NCBI GenBank assembly: GCA_964490365.1
Contig: CAZBAG010000003.1
Span: 18,116 to 82,115, forward strand
Reading direction: 5' to 3'
DNA: 64,000 nucleotides
From: an uncultured Candidatus Saccharibacteria bacterium
GTDB lineage: Bacteria > Patescibacteriota > Minisyncoccia > Phycocordibacterales > CSBR16-119
The notes beneath the pieces are model-generated. The model ran no database searches. It saw only the letters and a program-made list of their open reading frames with translations, and was not told where the DNA came from. Position numbers and translations under genes: made by a program. Of this stretch, positions 30,810 through 40,209 are shown piece after piece. How positions within the stretch are numbered: position 1 is the first letter of the stretch; every line of letters starts with the position of its first letter.

Positions 30810-31613
30810 ATGAACACCAGATTTGTGCTTGCGCTCTCGTGTGTCGTTTTTTCAACGACTGTTCTTGCCCAAGATGTTCTCAATATGAGGACAGGTTTTG
30901 TGCCAAATGTCTTGGATAGTAACAACTTTTACTATTCTGTAAGCTTTTCGTACATTGTCCCCAAAAAGGAGGCAACAACGTTTCAGAAAAGTCGTTTGCG
31001 TGAAGATGCAATACAAGGAAATCGTCTGACAAAGGCAAAGATGGAAATGGTTTTGTTTCCTCTCACGAAATACAAACAAGACATTCACCCGCACTTATTT
31101 GTGCGCCTCGACATGATTCCTTCGAGTTATCTGTCGTCTCGATTTGGCGCTGGGGTATCGAGTAAAAAGCTTCAATCCAGCCTTGGCGTGTTTTACGGAA
31201 CGTATTATCGTAGGGTTCCGTATGAATCAAATTTCATCACAAGGCGAAAGCGGTCATTCGAGAACTACAACCTTACAGGAGTATACCTTCAATCTTCAAG
31301 TGTCGATGCAAACTTTTTCTTTGCTCTCGCTCTTGAAAAGACGCACACCTTTATCTCAGCACGTGTTGGGATTGTGGCAGGAAATTTCTTATGTCTTGGT
31401 GAAGCTGGTTCGCGACTTCGCACCCTTGAAGGCGTTATGCACTACGAAACACTTTCTGGTTTCGGTCTTGGCGCAGCGGTTGCACCATTTGATGGAATGA
31501 GATTTGAAACACTCTGGGTGGTACCAGATCCTCGTGATGTTGAGGAGCAGGCACGGCTTCAAACCAAACTTACCAGAGGAGTTTTGGTAAGTGTGTCATA
31601 TTTCGTGAACTGA
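30810..31613 (+). CDS. Signal-peptide hypothetical protein, beta-strand rich (outer-membrane-barrel-like)
   Basis: VLA-Q cleavage site, amphipathic strands (FGAGVSS, SSLGVFYG, VLVSVSYF). Confidence 0.55.
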   Translation: MNTRFVLALSCVVFSTTVLAQDVLNMRTGFVPNVLDSNNFYYSVSFSYIVPKKEATTFQKSRLREDAIQGNRLTKAKMEMVLFPLTKYKQDIHPHLFVRLDMIPSSYLSSRFGAGVSSKKLQSSLGVFYGTYYRRVPYESNFITRRKRSFENYNLTGVYLQSSSVDANFFFALALEKTHTFISARVGIVAGNFLCLGEAGSRLRTLEGVMHYETLSGFGLGAAVAPFDGMRFETLWVVPDPRDVEEQARLQTKLTRGVLVSVSYFVN

Positions 31614-31647
31614 TTCATCAGATCGAAGGCTTCGCCTTCGATCTTTT

Positions 31648-33207
31648 TTATAATCCAAGATTTCTTCGTATTTTTCGGATAGTAAGTGCTCTTGTTATGA
31701 TGATGATAAGTCCGATAATCAAGAGTGCTCCAAGCGCTATTATTTCTACTCCAAGAGAATCAATGATCGAATCAAAAGGAATGATACTATTGCTTTTTAT
31801 TTTCACTTCTACTGGCACAGACCACTCACTTTGAGCACCTCGTCCATCTGATACTCTAAATGATACAAATACTGTACCTTTTCTTAGGTCTTTTTGTTCA
31901 AACGTAAATTTACCACTGGCACTTTGGAATTCATCTTGGATGAGGAAATTGTTTTTCTTGCTGGTTAATTTTGCTTCGACATTACCATTCGGAATAGTTT
32001 CTCCTTTAATAATAAGTGTGTCCCCAACCATAATTTCCGCAGGGTATGAAGTTACTTTTGGTACTTCTAGAGCTTCTACGATAATAGGTAGGAACGTTTC
32101 ATTTTTATTACCAGCTCGGTCGTATGCCGTGATAACAAGCTCGTGTTCCCCTGGATTAATAGTTTCAAGTTTCAGATCACCAGACGGCAACGTTTCGTAA
32201 TCTAATTTTTCGTTGTTTATTGAAAGTTCAAAATTCTTTACACATGAAGTCGTGTCTTTCACGCTAAGAGAAATAACTGGTTTTGGATCGGTGAGATCTG
32301 ACCTCTTTATTTCCCGTGCCTCTATACTTGGCGGCGTGTGATCAATTTTGATCTTGAAATGTTCTGTTTCTGTCCATCCTGAGTTGTTTTGCAGAGACAA
32401 GTGGAAATACCATGTTCCATCTTCTACATTTTCATATCGTTTCTCTACAATTGCAGGACTGTTGATTGTTGTGGGTTCTGTTGTCGGATTTTTGTCAAAA
32501 GCTATCTTACTTGCAAGAATATCTTGGCCTATATCCCATGAAAAGGCGGCCGTGTTTTCTCTTCGCCAGACAACACCTGGGTGCGTGCTCGATGTAATAA
32601 TTGAATCTGCTTCACACACTTCTTCTTGTGTCACAATGGTTTCTTCTGAAGGTTTTAATTCTTCCAGATCAATGACTTCTGGTTCTTGCTTTGTAACTTC
32701 CGTGATCGTGAACGATGCATCACTGACACTTGTGAGAACATTGGTGCCGACACCATCATTTGCAAGAACTGAAGATGAAGCAATTTTCACTTGTGCAAGC
32801 CCAGTAGCTTTACCTTTAAATGTAACAGTAGCGAGTCTACCAGAAGCCCCCTTGTATCCTGGAGTTAGTACGACGCCCTCAAGTTTAATTTCTCCTGTAC
32901 TGTTTGAAAATGTCGGTTCTTGAGCCCAGAAGTCTACGATAGAACCGGTTTTTGAAATAGATACTACTTGAAGTGTAGTGGTAGGAAAGGTGATACGAAG
33001 AGCTGCGGCATTCATTGCTTGCTCTGTGCTCGATACGTTGATATTTACAGAGAAGTTGCTGTTTTGGGCATATGAACCACTCGACGGCGAAAGGTTAAGT
33101 GTTGCAGCGAACACCCCAAATGGATAGGTAAGTATTGTTATGGCGATAAAAATACCTAAGAAACCCGTTCTTTGATTTTTCTGAATTCTTTTGACTGTTT
33201 TCTCCAT
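31648..33207 (-). CDS. Cohesin-domain plus Ig-like surface protein with C-terminal TM
   Basis: Cohesin-like LSPSSG...FSVNINV...W..EP...LATVTFK...LANDG; IDHTPP Ig module; C-terminal TM. Confidence 0.75.
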   Translation of the reverse strand: MEKTVKRIQKNQRTGFLGIFIAITILTYPFGVFAATLNLSPSSGSYAQNSNFSVNINVSSTEQAMNAAALRITFPTTTLQVVSISKTGSIVDFWAQEPTFSNSTGEIKLEGVVLTPGYKGASGRLATVTFKGKATGLAQVKIASSSVLANDGVGTNVLTSVSDASFTITEVTKQEPEVIDLEELKPSEETIVTQEEVCEADSIITSSTHPGVVWRRENTAAFSWDIGQDILASKIAFDKNPTTEPTTINSPAIVEKRYENVEDGTWYFHLSLQNNSGWTETEHFKIKIDHTPPSIEAREIKRSDLTDPKPVISLSVKDTTSCVKNFELSINNEKLDYETLPSGDLKLETINPGEHELVITAYDRAGNKNETFLPIIVEALEVPKVTSYPAEIMVGDTLIIKGETIPNGNVEAKLTSKKNNFLIQDEFQSASGKFTFEQKDLRKGTVFVSFRVSDGRGAQSEWSVPVEVKIKSNSIIPFDSIIDSLGVEIIALGALLIIGLIIIITRALTIRKIRRNLGL

Positions 33208-34049
33208 ATAACTAAGAAGAGTACAAAAATGAGCGCTAATGTTACGATAAGAATTTTTTGGTTTACACATTGTGCGCCAAAGCATGCGCTATTTGGAATA
33301 TCTACTCGAACTACTCGCTCATTTCCATAGTAGTCTTTTGCTTTAACATATATTTTCTCATTAATTTTTTGGTTTTTCAATATATATGGACTCTCTGCCT
33401 GTTCAAAAAGTTTTTTACCTTCTAACACAGAATAGCTTCGTATGCCAGAGCCCTTATCAATTGCTTCAAAGACAAGTACATACTTGTTATTTGCAATGGT
33501 TGGATCTTTTACTAACAGTGCGTCAAATTGTTCGGGTGGAGTAGTATCTGTCCATGTTAGTTTACTTGGTACTTCGCCGGGCAACAGGCTTCTTACTGGG
33601 ATTTCTTTGTCTTGTGTGTTCAGCGTCTCTTCTGTGCCAAGTCCATTATTTTTAAATATTGATATATTTTTCAGCTCGACAGGGAAGACGCCCGCTTCTT
33701 TTGGAACGATAACAAGTTCAAAAAGAGTACCACTGCCTTGTAATCCACCAGCAATAATTCCTGCAAATGAGATAGTGTTTGTTTTTGATTTGCTCGGATT
33801 TTCAATCCATGCAGAGATCACAGAATTCCTAGTGATGATCTGTATGATCTCAAAAGATGGATCAACAGAAAGTGTTCCGGATACAGCATTGTACGACTCC
33901 AATTCTGTTTGAAAGTTTATTTCGAGAAGTAACTCGTCTCCAACTTTTTGATTGGCAGGTCCAGAGTTTTTTTGCTGTAGCGTAAGAGAACCCGCCAAGG
34001 CTGTGTTGGTTGTGAGTAGAAAAATAAGAATGTAAATGAAATATTTCAT
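33156..34049 (-). CDS. Cohesin-like domain protein with C-terminal TM
   Basis: Signal peptide, NAVSGTL...WIENP...GIIAGG, DTTPPE.F, TM anchor. Confidence 0.7.
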   Translation of the reverse strand: MKYFIYILIFLLTTNTALAGSLTLQQKNSGPANQKVGDELLLEINFQTELESYNAVSGTLSVDPSFEIIQIITRNSVISAWIENPSKSKTNTISFAGIIAGGLQGSGTLFELVIVPKEAGVFPVELKNISIFKNNGLGTEETLNTQDKEIPVRSLLPGEVPSKLTWTDTTPPEQFDALLVKDPTIANNKYVLVFEAIDKGSGIRSYSVLEGKKLFEQAESPYILKNQKINEKIYVKAKDYYGNERVVRVDIPNSACFGAQCVNQKILIVTLALIFVLFLVIWRKQSKEFRKIKERVS

Positions 34050-34055
34050 ATGTGA

Positions 34056-35078
34056 TTATCCTGTCCAATGGAAAGCAAGAATACTAAAATCAACCAAGTT
34101 TATTTTTCCATCACCGTTGAGGCATGAAGTTTCTTTGATAATAATTTCTCCAGATAATGGTTTGTTAAACCAAAAGGCTGCGATAGAGAAGTCGATCAAA
34201 TCGATTCGACTATCATCGTTGAGGTCTGCTGTGCAGGATGAGGCTCCTGGAACTTTGAGAATATTTTGATCTCCCACTTGAAAGGCAACTCGTTTTCCGA
34301 ATCCACTCGATTCTCCTGTGGTCAGGTTTGTTTTTGATCGACCGCTGTGTGAACCTTCTTCAAGTGGAGCAGAGTTAAAATTGTACAGATACACACCATC
34401 TTCATCTGATGTTGCGTTGACGAATACCTGTGTCTCTGAGTTTACTTCAATCGTAACGTTACTTTCTGGAACGGTCTGTCCAAAAATCACAATATCATCC
34501 CCTCTCTTTACTTCAGATTTATCAACATCGATAGTTGGCGAGAGAAAGATTCCCGTAACATCGGTGGTTGAACCCTGGGTGATAAATACAGGGAAGGAGA
34601 ATGGATTTGACTCCACATTATTTTCATCACGACTTTTAACGGTGAAGTTATAGTTTCCAGGATTGAGGTCAAGAAGGTTTACTCGGAAACGAGCGTCCGG
34701 GCCAGCAATTGTTTCAACTGCAATAACACCATCTTTTAAAATCGTGACTCTGGAAAGAGGGTAGGCACGACCAGAAAAGGTAACACCTGTGTCTGGCGGG
34801 CGTGATCCTCCACCACCTCCGCCTCCACCACCACTCGAAGAATTTGATTCGCTATCATCGGTATATGAAGAGCAACCTGGGTCGTTAGGAAAGTCTATGA
34901 GTGTATCAGAGTCATTGTCTTGCCCGTCGAAACATTGTGGGGCGGGAACGATTGTGATCGTAAAGTTCGATGTTTCATCAGATTGTAGTTGTGTCGCCTG
35001 TATAAAGAAAAAGTATACGAAGCCACCAACCAATAGAGTCGCTAGTAGATAGAGTAATTTTTTTGCTAAAACTGTCAT
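34056..35078 (-). CDS. Ig-like protein with a C-terminal dockerin-like double EF-hand
   Basis: CFDGQDND.D..IDFPNDPGC repeat, poly-Gly linker, ADLNDDSRIDLIDFS...LNGDGKINLVDFS. Confidence 0.75.
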   Translation of the reverse strand: MTVLAKKLLYLLATLLVGGFVYFFFIQATQLQSDETSNFTITIVPAPQCFDGQDNDSDTLIDFPNDPGCSSYTDDSESNSSSGGGGGGGGGSRPPDTGVTFSGRAYPLSRVTILKDGVIAVETIAGPDARFRVNLLDLNPGNYNFTVKSRDENNVESNPFSFPVFITQGSTTDVTGIFLSPTIDVDKSEVKRGDDIVIFGQTVPESNVTIEVNSETQVFVNATSDEDGVYLYNFNSAPLEEGSHSGRSKTNLTTGESSGFGKRVAFQVGDQNILKVPGASSCTADLNDDSRIDLIDFSIAAFWFNKPLSGEIIIKETSCLNGDGKINLVDFSILAFHWTG

Positions 35079-35079
35079 A

Positions 35080-37467
35080 TTAACTTGCAATGATTGAAAG
35101 TGTCATGTTAATAGAGTAACTATCAGCAGGTTGCTCAGCTGGAATTGTCTGAGATATTCCAATACCTGTAATATCCCAATAACAGTTTGTATCTGCACCA
35201 CTTGCTGCGCTCGCTAAGGTGATCGCATCTGTTACTCCTTCGCTATATGAACTACTACTTCCGCTAGAAATATTAGTGAGTGTACATCCACCTTCTGGAG
35301 TAATCGTGCTTGCCCCAGGGTTGAGTGTCATACGTCCACCGAGTGAATCCGCGTCACCACCATCTCCAGCGTTTGCTGTGGGGTCATTGAAATCATAGTC
35401 TGTGGTTCCATTCCAAAAAGCAGTTGCACCAGCGTCTGCAGCGAGTGATAGTGTCCATGTGGCTGTCCCTGTTCCATTATCAACTCTTACTTTCTGAGAA
35501 GTTGTTCCAAAAGTACCCGTGGCAGTTTGATGCACAAAAGATACGTTTGCCCCGTTCATGCCAACAGAAGGTGATCCAACCGTAGTGCCACCAGCATCAA
35601 CAATGTCGACAGACAAAGCTCCTCCTGCAGATGTTGTTATTTCAGGAATAACAGAATATGTATCAAGTAATGTTCCACCTGACTCTACAACTCGAAAACA
35701 ATACGAGGTGTTTGCGGGCGCACCATTATCGATAAGTGAAAAATCCCATTTTCCGTCTTGTCCGGTGTTAATTGTAGAGACGGAGTTAGTGAAGTTGTTT
35801 AATTCTTCGTAGTCTTGATTAACAATCGTGTCTGCGCTGTGTGTTGGATCATTTGCGTTTGAGGTAAGGTTGTCTCCATCAGTAGGAGATGCGTTATTGT
35901 TATATGCTATAGCGGTGGCGCCCGTTACATCTGCATAGGTTTCTCCAGAAAATCCAGTGTCACATGTTCCAGATTTTTGTGCAAACTGTAACTTAAAATT
36001 TTTACCACTTGTTGTTAGGTTTGCATTTGAAATATGAAGGAGGAGTCGTAATCGAAAAGCTCCACCAGTTACGCTGATGGTTCCTGCAGTATCTTGTGAT
36101 GCAAGAGCAGTTCCTACGTCAGTTGAGTCGTTGTTTGCAAAAAATCGATAGGCGGATTGTTCTGTAGCGCTCGCTGGTAGTGTAAACAGAAATGTCGTAG
36201 CGTTATATGTTACGTTACCCGTACCCGTCCCCCCAGCAGTAACAAGACTTCTAATGGCAATTGTGTCAGTACTCGTTATTGTGTCAGTGTTTGTCGTGTC
36301 TTGAAACCATCCTGTTGTACCCTGGAGATTGGTAATATCGTTATTTCCATTTGTACCACTAATACGCATACGGATACTCATATCTCGGTTAGATGCATTG
36401 GCAGATACATAGATACCAAACTTTGATACTTCCCCTACTGAACCGATAAACATTTTCTGTTGTGTTTCTGTTGATGTGTTTGTGCCCAAACCACCAATCG
36501 GCGATATCCATATAGATGATGCTGTTGAGGAACGAGTGAAAGCAGATGCACCTAAGAACGTTATTTGTTGTGGGTTATCTGAAACCAAAGTGATTTGAAA
36601 GTTTCTAATGTTAATATTTCCACCAGATCCAAGGGTGGAAAAAGAGAAGTTTACTAAATCACCCGCTGTTATTGAGTCAGTATTGCTCGTGTCTCGTAAA
36701 AGTCCCGAGACGCCGCTCCCAAATACGACCGACTGGTTTCCATTTCCAGCGTTTTTACGAAAACGAAACGTTGTGTTTGTTGTTCTGGCATTAGCGGAAA
36801 CATACGCTCCAAAGTTTGAAGCCACCGAACCATGATTAATCATATTTTGCACGATAGGCTCTGTTGTTGATGAAAGAAGGTTTCCAACAGGGTATGTGTA
36901 TCGTGTGGTATTGTTGGTTGCAAAACTCGCAAGAGCAGAAGCAGCCATCAAGAATTGTGTTGTACTTCCATCGCTTGCTTCAAAGAAAATTGTTACCGAG
37001 TTTAATGTAATAGTACCAGCTGTATAGGTGATTTGCATATTAATCAAATCACCCGCCGAAACACTATCAGAGTTTGTCGTATCTTGAAAAAGACCTGTTA
37101 GGGTTGAACCAATGGTGACAGTATTATTTCCATCTGCTCCATTTTTGCGAAACTTTACGGTTGTGTCTCCTGTTGCATTTGCCGCAGCAACAAGGACGGA
37201 TAGTCCTGTAAACGTACCAGCTTTCGGTACATAGAACTGAACCTCTGCTTCTGTTGCTGTTGCAGTGGCACGAGCATGTACAATAGGGTAGTAGTTAGCA
37301 CCTATCGTACTAGCCCCGTTAAATGATACGACATGAGGAACTTTGTATCCTCCTGTAGCCTTGACCTCTTTTGGAATTATAAGAAGAGGGTAAAATATTA
37401 ATACAATAGTTAAAAAAATAACTTGAATTTTTTTTAAAGAAAATAACTTTTTCAATTTAGTAGTCAT
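35080..37467 (-). CDS. Large Thr/Ser/Gly-rich surface protein with three internal repeats and a C-terminal WxL-like domain
   Basis: Three repeats containing G.N...G..G.FQDT.N.D; C-terminal ~185 aa paralogous to the 39416-40117 product. Confidence 0.7.
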   Translation of the reverse strand: MTTKLKKLFSLKKIQVIFLTIVLIFYPLLIIPKEVKATGGYKVPHVVSFNGASTIGANYYPIVHARATATATEAEVQFYVPKAGTFTGLSVLVAAANATGDTTVKFRKNGADGNNTVTIGSTLTGLFQDTTNSDSVSAGDLINMQITYTAGTITLNSVTIFFEASDGSTTQFLMAASALASFATNNTTRYTYPVGNLLSSTTEPIVQNMINHGSVASNFGAYVSANARTTNTTFRFRKNAGNGNQSVVFGSGVSGLLRDTSNTDSITAGDLVNFSFSTLGSGGNINIRNFQITLVSDNPQQITFLGASAFTRSSTASSIWISPIGGLGTNTSTETQQKMFIGSVGEVSKFGIYVSANASNRDMSIRMRISGTNGNNDITNLQGTTGWFQDTTNTDTITSTDTIAIRSLVTAGGTGTGNVTYNATTFLFTLPASATEQSAYRFFANNDSTDVGTALASQDTAGTISVTGGAFRLRLLLHISNANLTTSGKNFKLQFAQKSGTCDTGFSGETYADVTGATAIAYNNNASPTDGDNLTSNANDPTHSADTIVNQDYEELNNFTNSVSTINTGQDGKWDFSLIDNGAPANTSYCFRVVESGGTLLDTYSVIPEITTSAGGALSVDIVDAGGTTVGSPSVGMNGANVSFVHQTATGTFGTTSQKVRVDNGTGTATWTLSLAADAGATAFWNGTTDYDFNDPTANAGDGGDADSLGGRMTLNPGASTITPEGGCTLTNISSGSSSSYSEGVTDAITLASAASGADTNCYWDITGIGISQTIPAEQPADSYSINMTLSIIAS

Positions 37468-38159
37468 TAGTTAACAATGTTTATTTGACAGATTGCAGTA
37501 GAGGTTTTTTCTGGATTTTTTAAAGTATATAGAATTGGTATGTTAAAAGAACCTTGTTGTGCACCATTTTGCTTGGACACCAAAACCAATACAGAAGATT
37601 CTTTCTGTTCAATTGTTTTTGTGTATGATCCAGTAGCAACTATTTTTACATTAATACCATCTGGGAGACTTCCAATTTCTAAGTTCTCAACACCTGGCTG
37701 GTTTGCCTTGGTAAGCATAATACTCACTTGCGTTGTACCGTTTCCAAGATCTGTAGAAAAGTCAGAAAGTGTGCATGAGTGTGTTGCGTTCGGATCAATA
37801 ACTATTTTTCTTGTAACTTGTCTTTCAGATAGATTTGGTATTGTAGCTGGTCGCCAAATAACCTTAGGTTCTTCTATAATTGGCTCAACAATAGCATCTC
37901 CCAGGGCCTCAAGTTCTCTATCTGTCGGTAATTCCTCAACCCCTTCGTTGGTTGACTCAGGTTGACTTTCGTCTGTGTTACTAGAAGTTTCAACACTATT
38001 TTCTATCTGTTCTCTTGGCACAAGAATTTCAGAAGATGGTTCATTCTCTGAAGTCTCAACCTCGTTATTTGGCACTTCTTGAGAATATGAAATATGCGTT
38101 GTCAGTATGAACATTGTCACTATACCTATTTTAAACAAGTGATTTTTCATGTTATGCAT
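37467..38159 (-). CDS. Secreted hypothetical protein with acidic linker and C-terminal beta domain
   Basis: Signal peptide, Glu-rich region; stop overlaps the start of the downstream gene. Confidence 0.6.
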   Translation of the reverse strand: MHNMKNHLFKIGIVTMFILTTHISYSQEVPNNEVETSENEPSSEILVPREQIENSVETSSNTDESQPESTNEGVEELPTDRELEALGDAIVEPIIEEPKVIWRPATIPNLSERQVTRKIVIDPNATHSCTLSDFSTDLGNGTTQVSIMLTKANQPGVENLEIGSLPDGINVKIVATGSYTKTIEQKESSVLVLVSKQNGAQQGSFNIPILYTLKNPEKTSTAICQINIVN

Positions 38160-38190
38160 AGTATATCAATAATAATAAACGAAAATATAG

Positions 38191-39387
38191 TTATTTTTGA
38201 GGGGAATTGGGCGTATTTTTTCTTGGTGGTAACTTAATGATCTGACCATTATTAATACTGTACGGTGGACGTATATTATTTACCTCTGCAATAATTTCCC
38301 AATGTACTTTGTATTTTTTTGACAAGCTTTCCAGAGTATCGTTTTTCTCTACTCGATAGGTTGTCCATTTTTGTATCCATTTTTTCTTTTTCTTATGCAA
38401 TCTCCAGAGTGCAAATATGCAAATAAGTCCGAGCAGGATTACAATTTCTGAAATGAGCCCAAGGAGTGTTGGGGCAGATACAAACCATTTCGTTGCAGAT
38501 TTTACTTGTACAAGCTGACTACCACTTTTCACACCAATACTTGCACCAGAGTCTTCGTCATATTCAAATGTTGCTTTCGCAAAATAAAGCCCTCCCCAAA
38601 ATGGTTTTTTGAGTTCAAAGTTAAAATCGTACACTTCGTCGCGAAGGACAGGAAATTCTCCACCAAATTTCTCATGTGAAAGGCCAAAGAAATATCTGAC
38701 ATTGATTATTACATTGGTGTCGATAGATACATTACCAGTGTTTTTGACAGATGGCTTTAAATAGACAGATTTATTCTTCTTTTCAATACTAAAATCGTTG
38801 AATTCCAGTTTTCGAATCACCTCTCCCGGAACACTAATCGCCACTCGTACACCACTACGCAGGCTGAGTGACACCCCAACATCATCAGATGTTTTTTCTT
38901 TTATTTCTTGTATAAGTACGCAACCGTTATGTTCTCCAACGGAAGCTTGTGCTGGAACTTTTATACTAAAAGGTATGAGAATTTCTGTTCCCGCAGGAAT
39001 AGTGAGTTCGACAGTACTAGGGATACTGCCATTTTTTACTGTTTCAATGTCTTCTTCAAGATCTTGAATGTTAAATTGTATCCAATTTCCAACACCTACT
39101 GGTTCTTCTGATATTTGTGTACAAGCAAAACCGCCACCACTTGAGCGTAGTGAGTCTCTCGCATACAAAAGCAGGTTTTTAGGAGTATTAGTGCTATTAA
39201 TAACTTTTACACCTTCACCTACAGATTCACCAGGCTTGATGGTTTGAACAAAAATAGATTCAGTGCGAGGATTATCCGCTCTTGGATATGCTGGCTTTAC
39301 TCCAAAACTTACTGCCGAGCTCGTGCTAGGAAAAAAGATAACAAAGAAAAAAGTAAGGAAAGAAATCCTTAAAAAGGTGGATATCAT
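38191..39387 (-). CDS. DUF916-like (WxL-interacting) protein with TM and C-terminal LysM
   Basis: PGESV...VKVIN, PF.I.VP...GEHNG, VKNTGNV; TM; LysM YRVEKNDTLESLSKKY...NNI...GQIIKLP. Confidence 0.75.
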   Translation of the reverse strand: MISTFLRISFLTFFFVIFFPSTSSAVSFGVKPAYPRADNPRTESIFVQTIKPGESVGEGVKVINSTNTPKNLLLYARDSLRSSGGGFACTQISEEPVGVGNWIQFNIQDLEEDIETVKNGSIPSTVELTIPAGTEILIPFSIKVPAQASVGEHNGCVLIQEIKEKTSDDVGVSLSLRSGVRVAISVPGEVIRKLEFNDFSIEKKNKSVYLKPSVKNTGNVSIDTNVIINVRYFFGLSHEKFGGEFPVLRDEVYDFNFELKKPFWGGLYFAKATFEYDEDSGASIGVKSGSQLVQVKSATKWFVSAPTLLGLISEIVILLGLICIFALWRLHKKKKKWIQKWTTYRVEKNDTLESLSKKYKVHWEIIAEVNNIRPPYSINNGQIIKLPPRKNTPNSPQK

Positions 39388-39415
39388 ACTTTATAGTATA
39401 TCAAATAAACTTATT

Positions 39416-40117
39416 TTAAGAAGCGAGAATCGACAGTGTCATGTTGATGTCGTAGTCGTTTGCAGCTGGTTGTTCTGCTGGGATTGTTTGAGCAATATCA
39501 ATGTCTTGTACCGTCCAATCTCCCACGTCGTTTGCTCCTGCCGCCGCCGTTACAAGAGTAATTGAATCAGTGGTTCCTTGATTGAATGCGTTTGAAGATC
39601 CAAGAGTTACGTTTGATGTGGTACATGTGTCACACGCTCCAACCGTGAGCGTTCCCCCAGAAGCATCAACCGTCATTTGTCCACCAAGTGAATCTGCATC
39701 GCCGCCGTCGGTACATCCAGCTGATGTTGGATCGTTAAAATCGAAATCAGTACCCGCTGAATCCCAAACCGCTGTTGGGCCAGATGCTGCCAAAGATACG
39801 GTAAAACCGTTATCAGCGGCGTCAGGGTTTTGAATATAAATTTGTTGACTTGTAGTACCAAATGTACCGTTTGTTGTTTGACACGAAAAGCTAAAAGCAG
39901 TTGAACCGAGTGCTACGGAAGGGGAGCCAACGGTAACGTAACTTGCATTGGTGATATCTACAGAAAGGGTTCCCGCCGTAATTGTTTGTTGGAAATTTGA
40001 AGTACTTGCCGCCAGAACAATACCTGTTACGGTGAGAGAAAAGAGAAAAATAAATCCTACTACTAATAGTTTAGAAAACGGGATTCTTGAAATAAAAAAT
40101 GTACCTAGTTTTTCCAT
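39416..40117 (-). CDS. Small WxL-like secreted subunit
   Basis: Signal peptide; ITAGTLSVDI start; TIPAEQPA..Y.INMTLSI C-terminus. Confidence 0.65.
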   Translation of the reverse strand: MEKLGTFFISRIPFSKLLVVGFIFLFSLTVTGIVLAASTSNFQQTITAGTLSVDITNASYVTVGSPSVALGSTAFSFSCQTTNGTFGTTSQQIYIQNPDAADNGFTVSLAASGPTAVWDSAGTDFDFNDPTSAGCTDGGDADSLGGQMTVDASGGTLTVGACDTCTTSNVTLGSSNAFNQGTTDSITLVTAAAGANDVGDWTVQDIDIAQTIPAEQPAANDYDINMTLSILAS

Positions 40118-40209
40118 TGAATATGAAATACTCTAACAAGCACATAATACCATCAATTCACTATTACGCCACAAGAGTCACCCTGTGGAAAGTGTGAATA
40201 ACTTAGTGT

